Origin: a virus
DNA length: 64,000 nucleotides
Strand: one strand, 5' to 3'
Virus record (IMG/VR): IMGVR_UViG_3300032242_001694
Made by a program: the position numbers and the translations under genes. Under the pieces are notes generated by a model that searched no databases, was not told where the DNA came from, and saw only the letters and a list, made by a program, of their open reading frames with translations. Positions 60,658 to 64,000 of this stretch are shown here, in pieces. Positions within the stretch are counted from its first letter, which is position 1; each line of letters begins with the position of its first letter.

Positions 60658-62936
60658 GCTTCGCAGTCCTCGTCGTCTGTTTCACCAATGGCGAGTGGAG
60701 TACCAACTTCCAACTCACCGGCTCCGTCGTTCGTGTTAAAGTAGTAAAGTTGCTTACCTCCATACTTATAGAACATTAACAGGTGTTGAAGCATAGTCGA
60801 CAGGGGGATCTGTTCTTCTGGATAGAACTTAGGATTGTAGCTGGTGTTTACCGAGATACCCTGATCGATAAACTTCTGCAGGACTGCGCAGATCTTGAGA
60901 TAGCCCTCGGGCGACTTTTGGTCCCAAAGTAGATCGTACTTCTTCTTAAGCTTTCTGACTTCTGGAACAACCTGCTTGAGAACGCCGTCTTTACTCTGCT
61001 TAACAGAGACCAGAGATCTCGGAGGCTCAATGCCATTGGTTGAGTTACTGATCTGAGCAGAGGTTTCCGCTGGCATGAGAGCCATAAGCGTGGAATTACG
61101 GGTGCCATAAGTCTGAGCCTTTGTTCTAAGTGACTCCCAATCCATCTTATAGACTGGAGCTACGAGCTCGTCTACTTCTTTCTTATAGGTGTCGATCGGG
61201 AACTGACCGTGGTAGTACTTGGTCTCATTGGCTTTCGAGATCATGCCCTTCTCTTCTGCCAAGTCGATCGATGCCTTGATAAGGTAGTACGACCATGCCT
61301 CGGCATACTCATGTAGTTTTACTAGTCCATCATGATCAATTGACTGATAGCTAATATCATTGCGAGCCAACCAATAAGCGAGGTTAATAATACCGACACC
61401 AAGAGGTCTTCTGGCCATAGTGGAGTTTCTGGCAGCAAGAACTGGATAATCTTGATAATCAAGTAACTCGTCCAAAGCACGAACAATAAGAGTACAAGGC
61501 TTTGCAAAGTCATTAGGATCACGGATCTTACCCCAGTTAATAGCAGCCAGAGTGCAGAGCGAGATCTCTCCGTCTGGATCATGCAGGTCGTTGAGTGGCT
61601 TGGTTGGTAGGTCAATTTCAGAGCATAGGTTAGACTGGCGAATAGGAGCCAACTCTTTAACAAAGGCTCCATGGTCATTCGCATGGTCAACGTTCATCAG
61701 ATAGATTCGACCAGTATTCTTTCTCTCTTCCATGAAAGCAGAGAAGACGTCTATCGCGGGAAGCGACTTCTTGCGGATTTTTGTAGAGCGCTCAGCTTTT
61801 TCGTAAAGCTCACGGAACTTATCTGTGTTGGTGAAAAACGACTCATACAAGTCAGGAACATCTGACGGCGAGAAAAGTGTAATCTGTCCGCCAGAAAGCA
61901 ACCTTTCGTACATAACTTTATTGAATTGGACTCCATAGTCAAGGTGTCTGACACGATTATCCTCCGTTCCTTTATTATTCTTTAATACCAAAAGCTCTTC
62001 TACTTCGAGGTGCCAAATAGGATAGTAAAGAGTCGCCGCGCCTCCGCGTACTCCTCCTTGAGAGCAGCTTTTAACGGCAGACTGGAAATGCTTATAGAAC
62101 GGAACAACGCCGGTATGAGACGCATCACCGCTCCTGATAGGAGAACCAATAGCGCGAATGGACCCAGCACCAATCCCAATACCAGCTTTTTGGCTAACGT
62201 ACTTAACGATTGCGGAGCTAGTTGCATTGATTGAGTCAAGCGAGTCTGCAGTCTCAATAAGAACACATGAACTGAACTGCTTTTGAGGAGTACGTAGACC
62301 TGCCATGATAGGAGTTGGAAGCGAAATTTCGAAATTAGATACTGCATCGTAAAAGTCTTTTACCCACTTTAGTCTGTCTTCTTTATAGTTTCTAAACAAC
62401 ACCATCGCGATAAGCATAAAAGCCATCTGGGGTGTCTCATAGTACTTATTAGCTACTCTATTCTTTACAAGATACTTGCCCCGAAACTGTTCCATCCCAG
62501 CATAAGTAAGGTTAAAATCGCGTTTATGGTCCAGAGAACTATTAAGATATTCAAGAGATTGATCATCGTACCAGACAAGAATGTTCGGGTCGTAGTATCC
62601 TGCTGATACGACTTTTCTAATATGATTACCAAGAGAATCAGGATTAAAATTTCCATATACTTCTTTCCTCAGATTATAATTGATAAGATTACCAGCAACA
62701 TACTGATAATTAGGAGTATCTTCGCCGATAAGCTCAGCGGCAGCCTTGATAAGGGTCTCTTGGATCTCGGTAGTCTTAATACCGTTGTAGAACTGTATGT
62801 GAGAGTTTAGCTCAATCTGAGACTCAGAAACACCGTTGATATTCTCACATGCCCATGCGACGACTTTATGAAACTTATTGAGGTTTAGTAACTCTTTTGA
62901 ACCATCCCTCTTTACTACCTGAATCGTCGCCATCAT
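60645..62936 (-). CDS. nrdA: Ribonucleotide reductase class Ia alpha subunit with ATP cone
   Basis: VVKRDG ATP cone, QFSSCVL, QGGVRGG, SNLCSEI, MPAETS, C-terminal CEAC. Confidence 0.98.
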   Translation of the reverse strand: MMATIQVVKRDGSKELLNLNKFHKVVAWACENINGVSESQIELNSHIQFYNGIKTTEIQETLIKAAAELIGEDTPNYQYVAGNLINYNLRKEVYGNFNPDSLGNHIRKVVSAGYYDPNILVWYDDQSLEYLNSSLDHKRDFNLTYAGMEQFRGKYLVKNRVANKYYETPQMAFMLIAMVLFRNYKEDRLKWVKDFYDAVSNFEISLPTPIMAGLRTPQKQFSSCVLIETADSLDSINATSSAIVKYVSQKAGIGIGAGSIRAIGSPIRSGDASHTGVVPFYKHFQSAVKSCSQGGVRGGAATLYYPIWHLEVEELLVLKNNKGTEDNRVRHLDYGVQFNKVMYERLLSGGQITLFSPSDVPDLYESFFTNTDKFRELYEKAERSTKIRKKSLPAIDVFSAFMEERKNTGRIYLMNVDHANDHGAFVKELAPIRQSNLCSEIDLPTKPLNDLHDPDGEISLCTLAAINWGKIRDPNDFAKPCTLIVRALDELLDYQDYPVLAARNSTMARRPLGVGIINLAYWLARNDISYQSIDHDGLVKLHEYAEAWSYYLIKASIDLAEEKGMISKANETKYYHGQFPIDTYKKEVDELVAPVYKMDWESLRTKAQTYGTRNSTLMALMPAETSAQISNSTNGIEPPRSLVSVKQSKDGVLKQVVPEVRKLKKKYDLLWDQKSPEGYLKICAVLQKFIDQGISVNTSYNPKFYPEEQIPLSTMLQHLLMFYKYGGKQLYYFNTNDGAGELEVGTPLAIGETDDEDCEACKI

Positions 62937-63948
62937 TCTTTTCTACTCCTACCATATTTTCTTTAAATGTTTTCCAAACGGCTACCCATGAATACCTATC
63001 TATAGTATACAAAAAACAAGCATTTCTGTCAACCGTTAAAGAATTCTTAATAGCAACATTTAGATCTTCGTGGATGTAACCGTTAACTCCGTTTACAATA
63101 ATATCAATTGGTCCAGTTACAGGATACGCAGCGACCGGAGTTCCCATCGTTTGAGCTTCTATGTTTACCACTCCAAACGTATCATTCTTGCTTGGAAATA
63201 CAAAACAGTCTGCCGCAGCATATTCCGCCGCAAGCTCTTTACCTACGAGAGCTCCAGTGAATCTTACTTTTGGATACTTTAACTTTAATTCTTTTAAGTA
63301 CGGGCCATCACCGACCACAGTAAGATTATATAGGTAAGATGACAGCTGGCAAAAGGCGTCTAGATTCTTTTCTTTGCTAATTCTATTAACTGTCAACAAG
63401 TTTCTTGGCGAGATGAATATGTTTTTATTAGAAGTTAATCTCGGCGGACCAAAGATACTGGTGTCTACTCCTCGAGACCAGCTAATGTGTGTCTTGCCGA
63501 TTTTGTGGTCATTCAAATAATCTATCATAGATTGAGAAGTGCAGAAGACGATCTTGTTCTTGTGGAATCTTCTCAGCCAAGAGTTTGTCCAGCTTACCGG
63601 AACGTGTAAGATGCTCTGTAGAAACTCTCCCCACTTGGTATGAAAAGCGGTGGTAAAGTTTAGATTTCTCTTGCTGCAGTAGAACAGAGCTGCGATTCCC
63701 AACACGCCTTCTGTGGCTATGTGGATGAAGTCGGGCTTGAAGTTGTCTATGATCTTGTTAAAGCCGAGTGGTATCGAGATCTTTACGTCTGGATATATCC
63801 AAGAGCTAAAATTGCGAAAGAGAGAAGGCTCCACGATAAGTACCTCGTACCCATCTCTCTCAGCTTCTTTCTTTATGTTCTTAAGCGTGGTTACTACGCC
63901 GTTGATTGATGGCTCGTAACAGTCTGTAACTATGAGGATCTTTTGCAT
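62875..63948 (-). CDS. Glycosyltransferase GT4
   Basis: ILIVTD..INGVVTT, IHIATEG.LG, RGVD, RISKEKN, FVFPSKNDTFG..EA..GTPVAAYP. Confidence 0.88.
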   Translation of the reverse strand: MQKILIVTDCYEPSINGVVTTLKNIKKEAERDGYEVLIVEPSLFRNFSSWIYPDVKISIPLGFNKIIDNFKPDFIHIATEGVLGIAALFYCSKRNLNFTTAFHTKWGEFLQSILHVPVSWTNSWLRRFHKNKIVFCTSQSMIDYLNDHKIGKTHISWSRGVDTSIFGPPRLTSNKNIFISPRNLLTVNRISKEKNLDAFCQLSSYLYNLTVVGDGPYLKELKLKYPKVRFTGALVGKELAAEYAAADCFVFPSKNDTFGVVNIEAQTMGTPVAAYPVTGPIDIIVNGVNGYIHEDLNVAIKNSLTVDRNACFLYTIDRYSWVAVWKTFKENMVGVEKNDGDDSGSKEGWFKRVTKPQ

Positions 63949-64000
63949 TCGGACACAACTTTAAATCTATCAAACTTCAGCTGGTATTCCATAGAGCTCT

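Noticed and set aside
59100-62936. Introns, inteins or homing endonucleases in nrdA/nrdB
   Set aside because: Both ORFs are continuous and of normal class Ia length; the two intervening small ORFs show no HNH or GIY-YIG motif
1-64000. Stop-codon reassignment (alternative genetic code)
   Set aside because: Conserved genes are full length under the standard code, TAA, TAG and TGA all end genes, and no suppressor tRNA is present

Overview
A 64-kb segment of a large T4-like myophage, probably infecting an alphaproteobacterium: it carries a two-piece, circularly permuted tmRNA with tag ANDNAPISYALAA. Left to right: (1) 1-21 kb, baseplate/tail module (DUF4815-like, gp8, gp7, gp6, gp25, split gp5, gp27-like, gp53, gp48; then divergent gp4, gp2, gp54, gp26/gp51, a 3-TM holin and two M15-peptidase tail proteins). 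(2) gp32, gp33 and a tRNA(CAT) nested between the two halves of another tRNA. (3) Three tandem glycine-rich paralogs and a 1671-aa repetitive fibre. (4) tRNA-Arg(TCT) and the tmRNA. (5) 32-45 kb, a GC-richer early region of small ORFs behind repeated near-consensus TTGACA-N17-TAtaaT promoters. (6) Exonuclease, phoH, RNase H. (7) A coupled operon encoding an apparently complete NDP-heptose pathway (tal, gmhA, hddA, gmhB, nucleotidyltransferase) with a glycosyltransferase, two methyltransferases and speD. (8) Glutaredoxin, an orphan nucleotidyltransferase, nucleases, nrdB/nrdA and a second GT4. Best leads: the heptosylation/methylation system (possibly modifying the Asn/Ser/Thr-rich virion proteins), a likely -1 frameshift fusing gp26 to gp51, the nested/split tRNA, a tRNA-like element within the tmRNA intervening segment plus a duplicated tmRNA pseudoknot, and a phased iteron-like AGGTC array. 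All family calls come from motif recognition and synteny; no database searches were run.
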